Origin: a virus
Reading direction: 5' to 3' (one strand)
DNA length: 64,000 bases
Virus record (IMG/VR): IMGVR_UViG_3300050821_017216
Span: 32,001 to 96,000 of that record
The notes beneath the pieces are model-generated. The model made no database searches, was not told the DNA's origin, and saw only the letters and a program-made list of their open reading frames with translations. The translations under genes and the position numbers were made by a program. The stretch's first letter is position 1, and every line of letters begins with the position of its first letter. This document shows, piece by piece, positions 24,334-33,646 of this stretch.

Positions 24334-26802
24334 ATGCGCACCTGGAGCACCTACCAACTCGCTGTCTTCAAGAACGTCGCTGAAGGCACCGGTCACACCG
24401 TCGTCAACGCGGTCGCCGGCAGTGGGAAGAGCACAACCCTTGAAGAGGCCGTCAACCACATTCCGAAGGGTCTACGGACCCTGTCGGTGGCTTTCAACAA
24501 GGACATCGCCACGGCTATGGCCAAGCGCCTCGCCGGCAAGCCGGTCGAGGTCTCGACGCTGCACTCCTACGGTCTCAAGTGCATCACGGCTTCGCTCGGG
24601 CGGCTCACGATCGACGAGTACCGCGTGCACGGTTTCGTCGAGGACCTGTACAGCGCCGAGATCGCTCGCCTAGAGAAGGCGATCACCGAATCGAAGAGCG
24701 AGGCAGAGGCGTTCGAGTTTCAGGAACAGTTGGAGGCCATCGACGACCGCTGCCGCATGCTCATCAAGACCGTGTCGCTATCAAAGAACACGCTCGCGCT
24801 GACGCCGGTCGCGATCGACGAGGTCATGTACCGGTTCGGCATCGAGCTACCGACCACGGAAGAGGACGAGGAGGGCGCGTTCGGGGACGAGGCGGGCGAT
24901 GACGCCGCTGAGGCTGACCGCCAGAAGTTCGTCCAGGAGGTACTGGGACTGCTCCGCCGCTGCTACAGCACCGAGGACGGCAAGATTGACTTCGACGACA
25001 TGGTCTGGTTGCCGGTCGTCAGGAAGCTCCGCCAGCGCAAGTTCGACCGCGTCTTCGTGGATGAATGCCTGCCGGGGCCTACTCCGGTGCTTCTCGCGGA
25101 CGGGTCGTCGCGGACGATTCAGGATCTGGTCGAGAGTCGATACTCGGGCGACGTGCTCGCCTACGACACGGCGACCGGCAAACAGCGTCCCTGCCGCGTA
25201 ACGGGTTGGCAGACGATCCTGAACCAGAAACCGCTCGTGAAGATCAAGGCTCGCTGGAGCCAGCGGAAGGGAACGAACCGGCCGACGAACTTCATCATCT
25301 GCACGGAGGACCACAAGGTGTGGGCGAACGGAGCGTGGGTGCCGGCCGGAGATGTGAAGCCTGGGATGGTTCTCCAGGTAGAGACTTCTGCGGAGAAGTC
25401 CCAGGTCGGCAAGATCACGAAACGTGGACGCGCCACGCTAGCCGAAGAGATCCGGAGGAAGAACAAGGCCGGGATGATGGGCGGTGTGGCACCTACCGTG
25501 TTCAATGGTGTGCGAGGCGGCAACGGCAAGGGCCCAACGGTGCCAGAGCAGGCGCTCATGGACGCATTGGGGGAGGGTTGGGTCTGGCAGTACGCGATCC
25601 CGACGAAGAAATCGCGTGGGTATGGCTATCCGACCGCGTACAAGGTCGACATCGCGAAGCCGGGATGCAAGATCGCGATCGAAGTAGATGGGCACTCGCA
25701 CGGCCTGCGAAGGGCTCATGACGAGAAGAAGGACAGACTCCTGGAGTCGCTCGGGTGGACGGTCATACGGGTACCGAACCGGCGAGCCGTTCAGAACGCG
25801 AAGGAGGAGGCAGAACGCATCCTCGCAATGACCAACTGCCCGATCGATGCTGTCGTGGAGTCAGTGGAGCCGGTGACCATCCCGAGCTTCCACGTCTACG
25901 ATCTGACGGTCGAGGACTTGCACTGCTTCTACGCGAACGGGATTCTCGTTCACAACTGCCAAGATCTAAACGCAGCGCAGATTGAACTGACTCTGCGATC
26001 GGTCAAGTCTGACGGCCGTATCCTTGCGTGCGGTGACCCCCGGCAGGCGATCTACCAGTTCCGTGGCGCTGACGAGCGCGCGTTCGAGAACGTCAAGGAA
26101 GGTCTCGGCGCGACCGAGCTACCGCTGTCGATCTGCTACCGCTGCTCGAAGGCGGTTATCCGTAAGGCCCAGGAGCTCGTCCCAAGCATACAGGCGTCAC
26201 CGGACGCCCCCGATGGTACCGTTCTCCCAGCATCGCGCGAGCAGATGGAGAGGGAGGCGCAGCCGGGCGACTTCATCCTGAGCCGCACGAACGCCCCGCT
26301 GATCGGGCTCTGCATGTTCTTCCTAAAGAACGGCCGACGAGCCAACATCCAGGGGCGCGACGTGGGCAAGACCCTCGCCTCGTTCGTCAAGAAGAGCAAG
26401 GCAGCGGACATCCCCGCGTTCCGTGCCCACGTCGAGGAGTGGGCGAAGAAGGAGATCGCGAGGCTCGCCGCCAAGAAGCGCGACACGCAGGCGGTCGAGG
26501 ATCGTGCGGCGTGCCTCATCGCGCTCAGCGACGGCGCCGTCCGCGTCGCGGACGTCCTCGCCAGGATCGAGGAGCTGTTCTCCGACAAGAGTGACGGCGC
26601 CTGCATCATGCTCTCGACCACCCACAAGGCGAAGGGTCTGGAGCGCGATCGGGTCTGGCTGCTCATCGACACCTACCGGCCGAGTATCTCGATGGAAGAG
26701 GCCAACTGCCTATACGTCGCTCAGACACGCGCGAAGCACACGCTCGTCCTGGTCGGCGGCTTCGCGAAGAAGTCCAAGAGCGACGGCGCGGAGGGCGCGT
26801 GA
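24334..26802 (+). CDS. UvrD/Rep-family (SF1) helicase, intein-containing
   Basis: Walker A AVAGSGKST; DFDDM; VFVDE|CQD; CGDPRQAIYQFRGA; L...YRC; DFILSRTN; STTHKAKGLE; YVAQTRAK. Confidence 0.9.
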   Translation: MRTWSTYQLAVFKNVAEGTGHTVVNAVAGSGKSTTLEEAVNHIPKGLRTLSVAFNKDIATAMAKRLAGKPVEVSTLHSYGLKCITASLGRLTIDEYRVHGFVEDLYSAEIARLEKAITESKSEAEAFEFQEQLEAIDDRCRMLIKTVSLSKNTLALTPVAIDEVMYRFGIELPTTEEDEEGAFGDEAGDDAAEADRQKFVQEVLGLLRRCYSTEDGKIDFDDMVWLPVVRKLRQRKFDRVFVDECLPGPTPVLLADGSSRTIQDLVESRYSGDVLAYDTATGKQRPCRVTGWQTILNQKPLVKIKARWSQRKGTNRPTNFIICTEDHKVWANGAWVPAGDVKPGMVLQVETSAEKSQVGKITKRGRATLAEEIRRKNKAGMMGGVAPTVFNGVRGGNGKGPTVPEQALMDALGEGWVWQYAIPTKKSRGYGYPTAYKVDIAKPGCKIAIEVDGHSHGLRRAHDEKKDRLLESLGWTVIRVPNRRAVQNAKEEAERILAMTNCPIDAVVESVEPVTIPSFHVYDLTVEDLHCFYANGILVHNCQDLNAAQIELTLRSVKSDGRILACGDPRQAIYQFRGADERAFENVKEGLGATELPLSICYRCSKAVIRKAQELVPSIQASPDAPDGTVLPASREQMEREAQPGDFILSRTNAPLIGLCMFFLKNGRRANIQGRDVGKTLASFVKKSKAADIPAFRAHVEEWAKKEIARLAAKKRDTQAVEDRAACLIALSDGAVRVADVLARIEELFSDKSDGACIMLSTTHKAKGLERDRVWLLIDTYRPSISMEEANCLYVAQTRAKHTLVLVGGFAKKSKSDGAEGA
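25066..25956 (+). mobile_element. Intein (297 aa) with DUF559/Vsr-like endonuclease, inserted in helicase Walker B
   Basis: Starts CLPGPTPVLLADG, ends ANGILVHN, +1 Cys; internal KVDIA...IAIEVDGHSH...DEKKD..LESLGWTVIR. Confidence 0.9.
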
Positions 26803-27200
26803 GCGCCCGCTTCGTCGCCGTACCCGCTTCCGCCATCCGAGAACGGTTGGCGGCGGCGGGGTTTCACCTCATCCCCTCCCCCTCCGGGGAGGAGGTCTAC
26901 GAGCGCTCGCACGATCGCGATGCGCGGTACACCGTGAAGGTTTACTCGTCGATCCATCGCGGCGCCGCCGAGGTCCGAGAGTGTGGGTCGGACGCGATCC
27001 GGGTTGTGGCCATCTTCGCCGACAGCAAGTTCCACTGGCCGGCGCGGGTGGTCCCGATCTTCAAGGCCACGCGCGTGCACCGCGCTGGCACCGTCGACGC
27101 GGTGCTCGACCGGATGATCGAGCGGGCGCGGGAGGCGTACGCGGCCTGCAACGACCACCGGAGCGGCAAGGTGCGAGCTCCTGACGGAGCGCGGGGATGA
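26799..27200 (+). CDS. Conserved hypothetical phage protein
   Basis: GTGA overlap; VYSSI....R.CGSDAIRV. Confidence 0.6.
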   Translation: MSARFVAVPASAIRERLAAAGFHLIPSPSGEEVYERSHDRDARYTVKVYSSIHRGAAEVRECGSDAIRVVAIFADSKFHWPARVVPIFKATRVHRAGTVDAVLDRMIERAREAYAACNDHRSGKVRAPDGARG

Positions 27201-27330
27201 GTCACCTAGCCTGGCTACCCATCCTCGCCGTGGCCCTGCTGATCGTCCCGGCGGTGCTGGGTCTCGACGGGGGGTCGGACGAGTTCACGCAGTTCAAGAG
27301 CTTCCGCGACCGGATGCGGAAGAGGGGGAA

Positions 27331-27750
27331 GTGATGCAGAGGGTGATGTTCAAAGGCGGCACGATCCGGGTGATTGGCACGGTCCGCGGGTGCGAGCCGG
27401 AGGTCGCGGAGGCGTGCGGCTGGCCGTACCCGCGTCCGTGGATGTTCGAGGTGCGCGACGCGGACCGGAATGTCATCGCCGTCTGCTTCGATCACGAGAC
27501 GGCGAACCAGGTGCTGTCCGACATGATGGGGGTGGCGGTGATGTCCGGCGCCAGCGAGAGGACGCTCCACGTCCGCGCGCGATACTACCCCGGCGGTAAG
27601 AAGGGTCGGTCTGCCGCTCGCCGGCTGCGGGCGATGGGGCTGACGCCGGGGTACACGCGCGACGGGTGGCGCGTGCTGCGCAGACCGGTCGTGATCGAGT
27701 CGGGTGAGCCGATCGGGATCTTGGAGAGGGAGTACGACGATGGCGGTTGA
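27331..27750 (+). CDS. Hypothetical protein
   Basis: Same-strand run. Confidence 0.55.
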   Translation: MMQRVMFKGGTIRVIGTVRGCEPEVAEACGWPYPRPWMFEVRDADRNVIAVCFDHETANQVLSDMMGVAVMSGASERTLHVRARYYPGGKKGRSAARRLRAMGLTPGYTRDGWRVLRRPVVIESGEPIGILEREYDDGG

Positions 27751-28588
27751 AGCAAAAAGAGGTTGCGGCTGGAGAAAGGTTGGCGGTTTATATTTAGTGG
27801 GCGGCGGCCTCTCCGCTCCGTGCGACCGGATGCCGTTCCACCTCGAGCGCTGCCGGACTTGCGGTGGGGGGATCAAGTTCACGCGCGGGCCGCAGTGGCT
27901 GCAGCCGGACTTCTTCCCGGTGCACGATCCGATCGGCGACACGAATCGGCTCGCATCTCTCGTGCCATTTTGGGAAAAGCAAATTCGAGAAGTAGCTACA
28001 AGTATAGGAGAAGATCGTTCGTGTTGTGACGAGGCTCCGTGCCCGGTCTGCCGCAACCGCGACGACTTCGGCCCGCACCTGATGCTCTGGATCGGCCGCA
28101 AGCACTACACGCCGGAGGGTTACCTCAGGGAGTCGCGCGAGCTTGGTGTCAGTCGGCGCCTGTCGGCGCTGCCGAAGGGCCTAGTGCTCGGTGAGACATG
28201 GGTGCTGCTGGCGCACCTCGACGCTGTGCCGCCGAAGGATCCGACCATCTGCACGCGGTGTGAGATGGGTTCCATCATGCACAAAGGCCACCACGACTAC
28301 GCCTTCAAGGGCAGCGGGCCTGCGTCGTTGTCCGTCAACAGCGTGGTTCGTGTGGCGTGCGACGAGTTTCAGACGCCCAAGCCGACTCCAGGCATCTTCT
28401 GCGCGTTCGTCCCGCGCGCCGTCGAGTTGATCCTCAAGCAGTCCGACGCGACGCCCGAGCGCGTCGAGAAGGAGGCGAAGCGCGGGGTGACGGTGGTCGC
28501 GGTCCCCGACGACGACAAGGACCACCAGGGGAGCGTCTGGGACAAGGACGACGACTCGCAGCCTGAACTGCCCGGGGTGGCACTGTGA
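27740..28588 (+). CDS. Conserved hypothetical phage protein
   Basis: E.KRGCG.RK.GGLYL...CD..P..L..C..C; WIG...YTPE.Y..E...LGVSRR. Confidence 0.7.
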   Translation: MAVEAKRGCGWRKVGGLYLVGGGLSAPCDRMPFHLERCRTCGGGIKFTRGPQWLQPDFFPVHDPIGDTNRLASLVPFWEKQIREVATSIGEDRSCCDEAPCPVCRNRDDFGPHLMLWIGRKHYTPEGYLRESRELGVSRRLSALPKGLVLGETWVLLAHLDAVPPKDPTICTRCEMGSIMHKGHHDYAFKGSGPASLSVNSVVRVACDEFQTPKPTPGIFCAFVPRAVELILKQSDATPERVEKEAKRGVTVVAVPDDDKDHQGSVWDKDDDSQPELPGVAL

Positions 28589-28875
28589 AGCTGAAACCTA
28601 AGTCGGAGCGCCGCGAGGCCATTCGACGCGGGGAGTGTCTCGTCGACGGGTGCGCGCGACCGATCTTCGGGTTCGGGTTCTGCCGCGAGTGCCTGTCCGA
28701 TCTGAACTCCAAAATGGAGTCGGGTGTGATCGGAGTGGCGCGCGCGCCAGAGTTGTGCTGCGCACGATGCGGGGTGGCTGAGGGCGTGCATGGTGGCCCG
28801 TTCGTCGCCGGCAATCGCCTGATCGAACCGTGCGGTGAGTTCCAGCGCCGGGAGGTGTCCCGTGGATCTGCCTAG
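28585..28875 (+). CDS. Hypothetical Cys-rich protein
   Basis: GTGA overlap. Confidence 0.5.
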   Translation: MKLKPKSERREAIRRGECLVDGCARPIFGFGFCRECLSDLNSKMESGVIGVARAPELCCARCGVAEGVHGGPFVAGNRLIEPCGEFQRREVSRGSA

Positions 28876-29212
28876 GGTAGAGACGCGCATGAGCGTCATG
28901 CAGATTGCTGCGCCCGCAGAGGGTGAACTCGTCGCCTACCTCAAGGCATTGAGCTACGAGGTCGATTGGGACTTCAGAGTCAGCCTCGGCCGATGGCTCG
29001 AGGTCTATGACGGCGACCGCATGGTCTTACAGATCGACGAATGGGCACCTCTCGACGATTTTCTCGAGTGCCTCCCCGGTCTCGTTGAACTAGGTCGCCA
29101 TTCGACGGAAAAAGAACGTGCAGCCTCCGACTGGGAGATGCGCTGTCCGAACTTGAAGGACGCCGAGGAGCTTCTGCGGCGCGTCCAGCGCCGGGAGATG
29201 TCCCATGGTTGA
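28862..29212 (+). CDS. Hypothetical protein
   Basis: Same-strand run. Confidence 0.55.
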   Translation: MDLPRVETRMSVMQIAAPAEGELVAYLKALSYEVDWDFRVSLGRWLEVYDGDRMVLQIDEWAPLDDFLECLPGLVELGRHSTEKERAASDWEMRCPNLKDAEELLRRVQRREMSHG

Positions 29213-29438
29213 ACGTCCGGACCGCGAACCAGGCGAGTACAGTGTACCGTGCCAGCGCTGCGACGGGCGCAACGCGACGCAGAAGAAGATCAACAACGAG
29301 CGCGCGTGTTGGGTGTTTGCTGCCGCGACCGGGCGCACGAGTGATGTTGTTCGACTTTGCGTGTCGTGCTTGCGGACCGTGAACAGTCTCGCGGTCGCTG
29401 TCGCTAGGGTGAAGCCAAGGAAGTCGAAGACGTGGTGA
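29205..29438 (+). CDS. Hypothetical Zn-binding protein
   Basis: CQRC...CVSC. Confidence 0.5.
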   Translation: MVERPDREPGEYSVPCQRCDGRNATQKKINNERACWVFAAATGRTSDVVRLCVSCLRTVNSLAVAVARVKPRKSKTW

Positions 29439-29466
29439 TTGACAACGGTATGCGACGATATACACT
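29439..29466 (+). promoter_or_regulatory. Sigma70-like promoter
   Basis: TTGACA-16-TACACT. Confidence 0.75.
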
Positions 29467-29478
29467 GGAAGGTACCTC

Positions 29479-29664
29479 ATGACGGACAAGCAAGAGCAGC
29501 AGGTTCAGACCGCGATCCGACTCGGCGAGTCGGTACTGAAGCTCGCGGACGACATCGCGGACCGGATGTCGCGACCCGGACTGCGGCTGACGCGCGCGGA
29601 CCTCCTCCGGTTGGCCATCCACGAGGGGCTGGCCAAACTCAACGCGGAGAACAAGAAGCGATGA
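29479..29664 (+). CDS. Ribbon-helix-helix regulator
   Basis: TAIRLGESVL..AD.IA...TRADLLRLAIHEGL. Confidence 0.7.
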   Translation: MTDKQEQQVQTAIRLGESVLKLADDIADRMSRPGLRLTRADLLRLAIHEGLAKLNAENKKR

Positions 29665-29873
29665 GCCGCAACCCACTCACCTCCGCCGATCGTGCCGCGA
29701 TGCGGCGGTTCGTGTCCGCGGTCGAGACGCTGATGCTCGAGCTCACCCCCAAGCAGGTCGGCAGGATCGCCGACTACGTCGCCGAGCACGGTACCGACGG
29801 GGACGGTGGGGATCGCGAGGACGCGGTGGTGCTCGAGTGCCTGCGGCTCGTCGTCGACGCGGTGAACCGGTGA
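29661..29873 (+). CDS. Hypothetical protein
   Basis: ATGA overlap. Confidence 0.55.
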   Translation: MSRNPLTSADRAAMRRFVSAVETLMLELTPKQVGRIADYVAEHGTDGDGGDREDAVVLECLRLVVDAVNR

Positions 29874-32212
29874 GCGCGGCCGAGCACATCGTCCCGGTCG
29901 AGCGACCACCGCCCGAGCCGCGCACCGAGGAGATCTGTGAAGAACACCCCGACACCCCGGCAGTTGGGCGCTGGTACTACGTCCGCGGCCGGGACAGTGA
30001 GACCGGCGCGCTCTCGGCTAAGCGGTGGCTCGGGTGCGTCGTCCGGCTGGGCTCGAACTACGTCAAGCTGGAGGACCCTACAAGCGGCAACACGGAGCGC
30101 GTCCACGACGAGTTCTGGGAGCGGTGCGAGTTCGTCGCGGAGCCAGAGCGGCTCCTTCGCGGCAACGCCGAGCGCTGCCGGCGCGAGCTCGACGGCCTGA
30201 TGGAGGAGGTCAAGCTCCTGACGACGAAACTCGGCGTCGCGCCCAGCCTCGCGTTCGGCAGCGGCGCCGAGGCGCACGCGACGGCGCTGGCGCTCGGGAC
30301 CGCGGCGCCGGCTGCCGAGTACAAGACCGCCCTGGTCAGGGCCAAGGAGGAGACGCTGCCGGCGCTCTTCGAGCAGATCAAGGAGAAGAGCGCGGAGTAC
30401 GCGAAGTGGCTGTCGGCCGGACTCGTGCCGATGCGGGCCGAGGCGGCGGCGCTCGAGCCCGCCATCGAGCGAGTCGAGGACCGCATCTTCTCGGTCGAGC
30501 TCTACGCGGGGCTCTGCGAGGAGGTCGAGCAGGTCAAGGACGGCGAGCCAGCTGCGCTCACCGAGCCGGTGCACCTCTTCCAGCGACGCCTCTACATGGA
30601 CGAGGAGTGCCTCGCGAACTTCGACGCGGGCGGGATGGACTTCCGGACCCTACGCAAGTTCGAGCGCTGGCTCTGCCGCAGGGACAACCTCGATCGCATC
30701 TTCCCGTTCCCGCGCACCGTCGTGGCCTTCCAGGTCCGCCACCACGAGAAGGCGCGTGAGGTCACTGGTTTTCGCTCATTCATCTGGATGTTGGAGGAAA
30801 AGCGACTCGACAAGCTGACGTTCCTCTACATCCGAAACGGCGATCGGGTCTACAGACTGAGCACCGAGATCGACTTCGGCCCGAAGCTGTTTCCCGACAT
30901 CGACCACCCCGCGCTGTCGGCCGGAGAGGGTCGCCTCTACGCGAACCTCAAGTGGTCCGACAAGAAGATCATCACCGAGGCCGCCTACCAGGCGAAGGTC
31001 GCAGAGGAGGAGGCGAAGCGGGCGGAATACGAGCGCTGCGTCGCGGAGGAGAAGAAGAAGCCGAAGAAGGACCGCGAGTGGGTGCGTCTGGACGTCGACA
31101 GCTTCGACAGCTCCCCGAACTACGAGCCGTTCACGCGCGAGAGCGTCCAGTACGACGACATCGCGAAGCACCTCCGCGGCGAGATGGAGCGGCACAACCG
31201 GATCGTGTTCGTGCTCCAGGGGCTACTCGACCGCTCGCCGGCCCTGCACCCGCACCCGCCGTGGCGGCTCTTTGACGCGAATGGGTTCGAGCAGGCGATC
31301 GTGCTGCACAGCGACTCCGACCGAGTGCTCGTGGCCGGCGACAAGCCGGACTTCGAGGCGTACCGTGCGCGGCTCAACGCCAGCATCACGGTCGGTAGCG
31401 TCACCGTCGGTCAGCAGGAGGCTTGGCTGCGCTACGAGGCCCGAAAGGAGACCGACCGGCGCGACCGTGACCGGGCCTGGGTGAACGTGGACTACCGACC
31501 GGAGAAGTGGCAACCGCCCGGCGATCCGGGTCCCGGACGGTTCGCGCGCGTCGCACGCGTCGACGGCTCCGGGCACGTGCACTACCGGTGGACCAAGGAG
31601 CGCGCGCGAACCGACGGTCCGCCGGTTGCTCGCAAGTACGGTTGCAAGGCCAGCCGGGTGCTCAACGTCGACGCCTACCAGCCCGGCGACTACAAGATCT
31701 TCTTTGCCGACCCTCGCACGCGCGAGGAGTACCTGAAGTGGGCGCCGTTCCTCCTCGCGGCCGAGAAGTTCAAGGCCGGCAAGTACGAGACGGTCCCGCC
31801 GCTCGCCGATCTGCCGAAGCCTGCGCCGAGGTCACGGTCGGTCGGTCAGTCCGACTACGCGCACCGCAAGGTGCTCCGTGGCTTCCTCGGGCAGGCTGTC
31901 CGGCTGCGATCCGCCATCACGACCAAGGGCGGTAGGGAGTACGCGAAGGGCTCGCTCTGGCGCGTCACGCACCTCGAGCGCGGCGAGTTCACCATCACCG
32001 GCATCGACGAGGCGGGCGCGATCGAGCTGCGCGAGAAGGTGGTTGACGCTGACGGGTGGCGCGGGACGCGCACCGTGGGCTGCGTCTCGCACCGAGACTT
32101 CTACATCGAGTCGGCGCTCGAGGCGGACCAGAAATACCAGTACATGGAGCCTGAGCGCAGGCGGGCGCCTGTCGTAGACGACGACGATGGAGATGGGGAG
32201 AGTGAGTCATGA
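29870..32212 (+). CDS. Large conserved hypothetical phage/plasmid protein
   Basis: About 780 aa, coiled coil; VELYAGL.E..., QRRLYMDEEC, YIRNGDRVY. Confidence 0.75.
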   Translation: MSAAEHIVPVERPPPEPRTEEICEEHPDTPAVGRWYYVRGRDSETGALSAKRWLGCVVRLGSNYVKLEDPTSGNTERVHDEFWERCEFVAEPERLLRGNAERCRRELDGLMEEVKLLTTKLGVAPSLAFGSGAEAHATALALGTAAPAAEYKTALVRAKEETLPALFEQIKEKSAEYAKWLSAGLVPMRAEAAALEPAIERVEDRIFSVELYAGLCEEVEQVKDGEPAALTEPVHLFQRRLYMDEECLANFDAGGMDFRTLRKFERWLCRRDNLDRIFPFPRTVVAFQVRHHEKAREVTGFRSFIWMLEEKRLDKLTFLYIRNGDRVYRLSTEIDFGPKLFPDIDHPALSAGEGRLYANLKWSDKKIITEAAYQAKVAEEEAKRAEYERCVAEEKKKPKKDREWVRLDVDSFDSSPNYEPFTRESVQYDDIAKHLRGEMERHNRIVFVLQGLLDRSPALHPHPPWRLFDANGFEQAIVLHSDSDRVLVAGDKPDFEAYRARLNASITVGSVTVGQQEAWLRYEARKETDRRDRDRAWVNVDYRPEKWQPPGDPGPGRFARVARVDGSGHVHYRWTKERARTDGPPVARKYGCKASRVLNVDAYQPGDYKIFFADPRTREEYLKWAPFLLAAEKFKAGKYETVPPLADLPKPAPRSRSVGQSDYAHRKVLRGFLGQAVRLRSAITTKGGREYAKGSLWRVTHLERGEFTITGIDEAGAIELREKVVDADGWRGTRTVGCVSHRDFYIESALEADQKYQYMEPERRRAPVVDDDDGDGESES

Positions 32213-33249
32213 TGGATCACGGCACGTGCGCGCGGTGCGGGGCCAACATGCGCTCCGTGCGCGTCGACCACGTCAGCGCAGTCAAGGGCGCCGACGACTG
32301 TAGTGACGTGGTCGCCTGCACGAACGAGCGCTATCCGGACTACCTGCCCGGAGACGACGGGATTGGGGTGACGTCGTGAGTCTCGAGAAGACCGCAGCCG
32401 AGATCGCGCGCACCCTGCGGCGGGAGGCTCGCCAGTCGGGGCTGGCGCAGCGGTACTGGTCCGGCTGGAAGGTCCTGCTCTCGTTCGGTCCCTACGTGGA
32501 CGCCTTCGACGAGGGGACGCTGCGCGTCGCCGAGGACGTCGTCGAGCAGCTGACTGGCAAGAGGCCGGACGCGACCGATCACGCCACCACGCGCGCGGTC
32601 GACCGGGGGCGGTGGCACCTGTCGGCGAGCTGGCGCGGCGGGAACGACGTCGGGGACGGACGCGCGCGGCTGGGCGAGCTGGTGTCCGAGATCGGGGTCC
32701 CGGAGAGTGAGCGCGCCGGCCGCCAGCCCGCGCGCGTGTTCGGGGCGACTGGCCCGAGCGCCCAGGTCACGCACTGGATCTGGTCCGAGGTGGTGTCGTG
32801 AGGGTCGCGAGCGGCACGCGTGTGGGGCTCTGCGAGCACATCACCAAGGACGCCACCACGGTGATGATGCTCGAGGTGCGGACCGACGAGGGACAGATCC
32901 TCGTCTTCTTGTGCGCCGCCTGCAGCCCGCGGTACGCGGTCACGGGCGACCTGCAGCCGCTGGTGAAGCGGCAGATCGTGGTGGGCCAAGGAGGCTGGAG
33001 CGTGAAGGTCGAAGTGGAGGCGCCGTCGTGAGCGACGAGACCGTCACGCTCTACTGCGTGGAGCGCAGGCACCTGGACGACCTGCGCGCCGTGTCCAGCA
33101 GGCTCGCGAGCGGCGCGTTCATGGACGCGGTCTCCCGCAAGGAGGCCGCCATGGCCATCATGTCGGCCGTGCGGTTCGCCGAGGTGCTCGACGCGCTGCG
33201 CGGTCCCGGCGAGCTGGAGGTGCACGTCTGCCCGAAGGGGGAGCCGTGA
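32209..33249 (+). CDS. Four small coupled hypothetical ORFs (32209-32379, 32376-32801, 32798-33031, 33028-33249)
   Basis: Chain of overlapping ATGA/GTGA junctions. Confidence 0.55.
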
Positions 33250-33608
33250 GAGACCGGAACACCCGCCGCCAGCTGCGCAAGAAGCTCGGGGTCCTCGCCG
33301 AGCAGGCGCGCGTCGCGCGCGGGCGCCTGTTCTCCGCCGAGGCGAGCCTGGCGGAGCTGCAGGCTGCCATCGCCGCCGAGGCGCAGGGCGACGCCGTGGC
33401 ACGGTCTACCCACGAGTCGGTGCGGGCGTCGGTGGTGGATGGGATCGAGGCGTACGTCCAGGCGCTGGCGCACCTGGTCGACGCCGACGACAGGCAGGCG
33501 TCGGTCGCTTACCGGGACGACGAGCTGTTCCTGCAGCTACTCGGGAAGAGCTCCTCCAGGAGACCGCGCGCCGGAGCGTCGGCAAGACCGACTTCGCGCT
33601 GCTCCTGA
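33246..33608 (+). CDS. Hypothetical protein; probable 5' part of a frameshifted gene continuing into 33647-35122
   Basis: Protein-like reading moves to the -1 frame near 33545. Confidence 0.5.
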   Translation: MRDRNTRRQLRKKLGVLAEQARVARGRLFSAEASLAELQAAIAAEAQGDAVARSTHESVRASVVDGIEAYVQALAHLVDADDRQASVAYRDDELFLQLLGKSSSRRPRAGASARPTSRCS

Positions 33609-33646
33609 CATCCATCGACCACACGGCGATCCGGCTGTACGGGACG

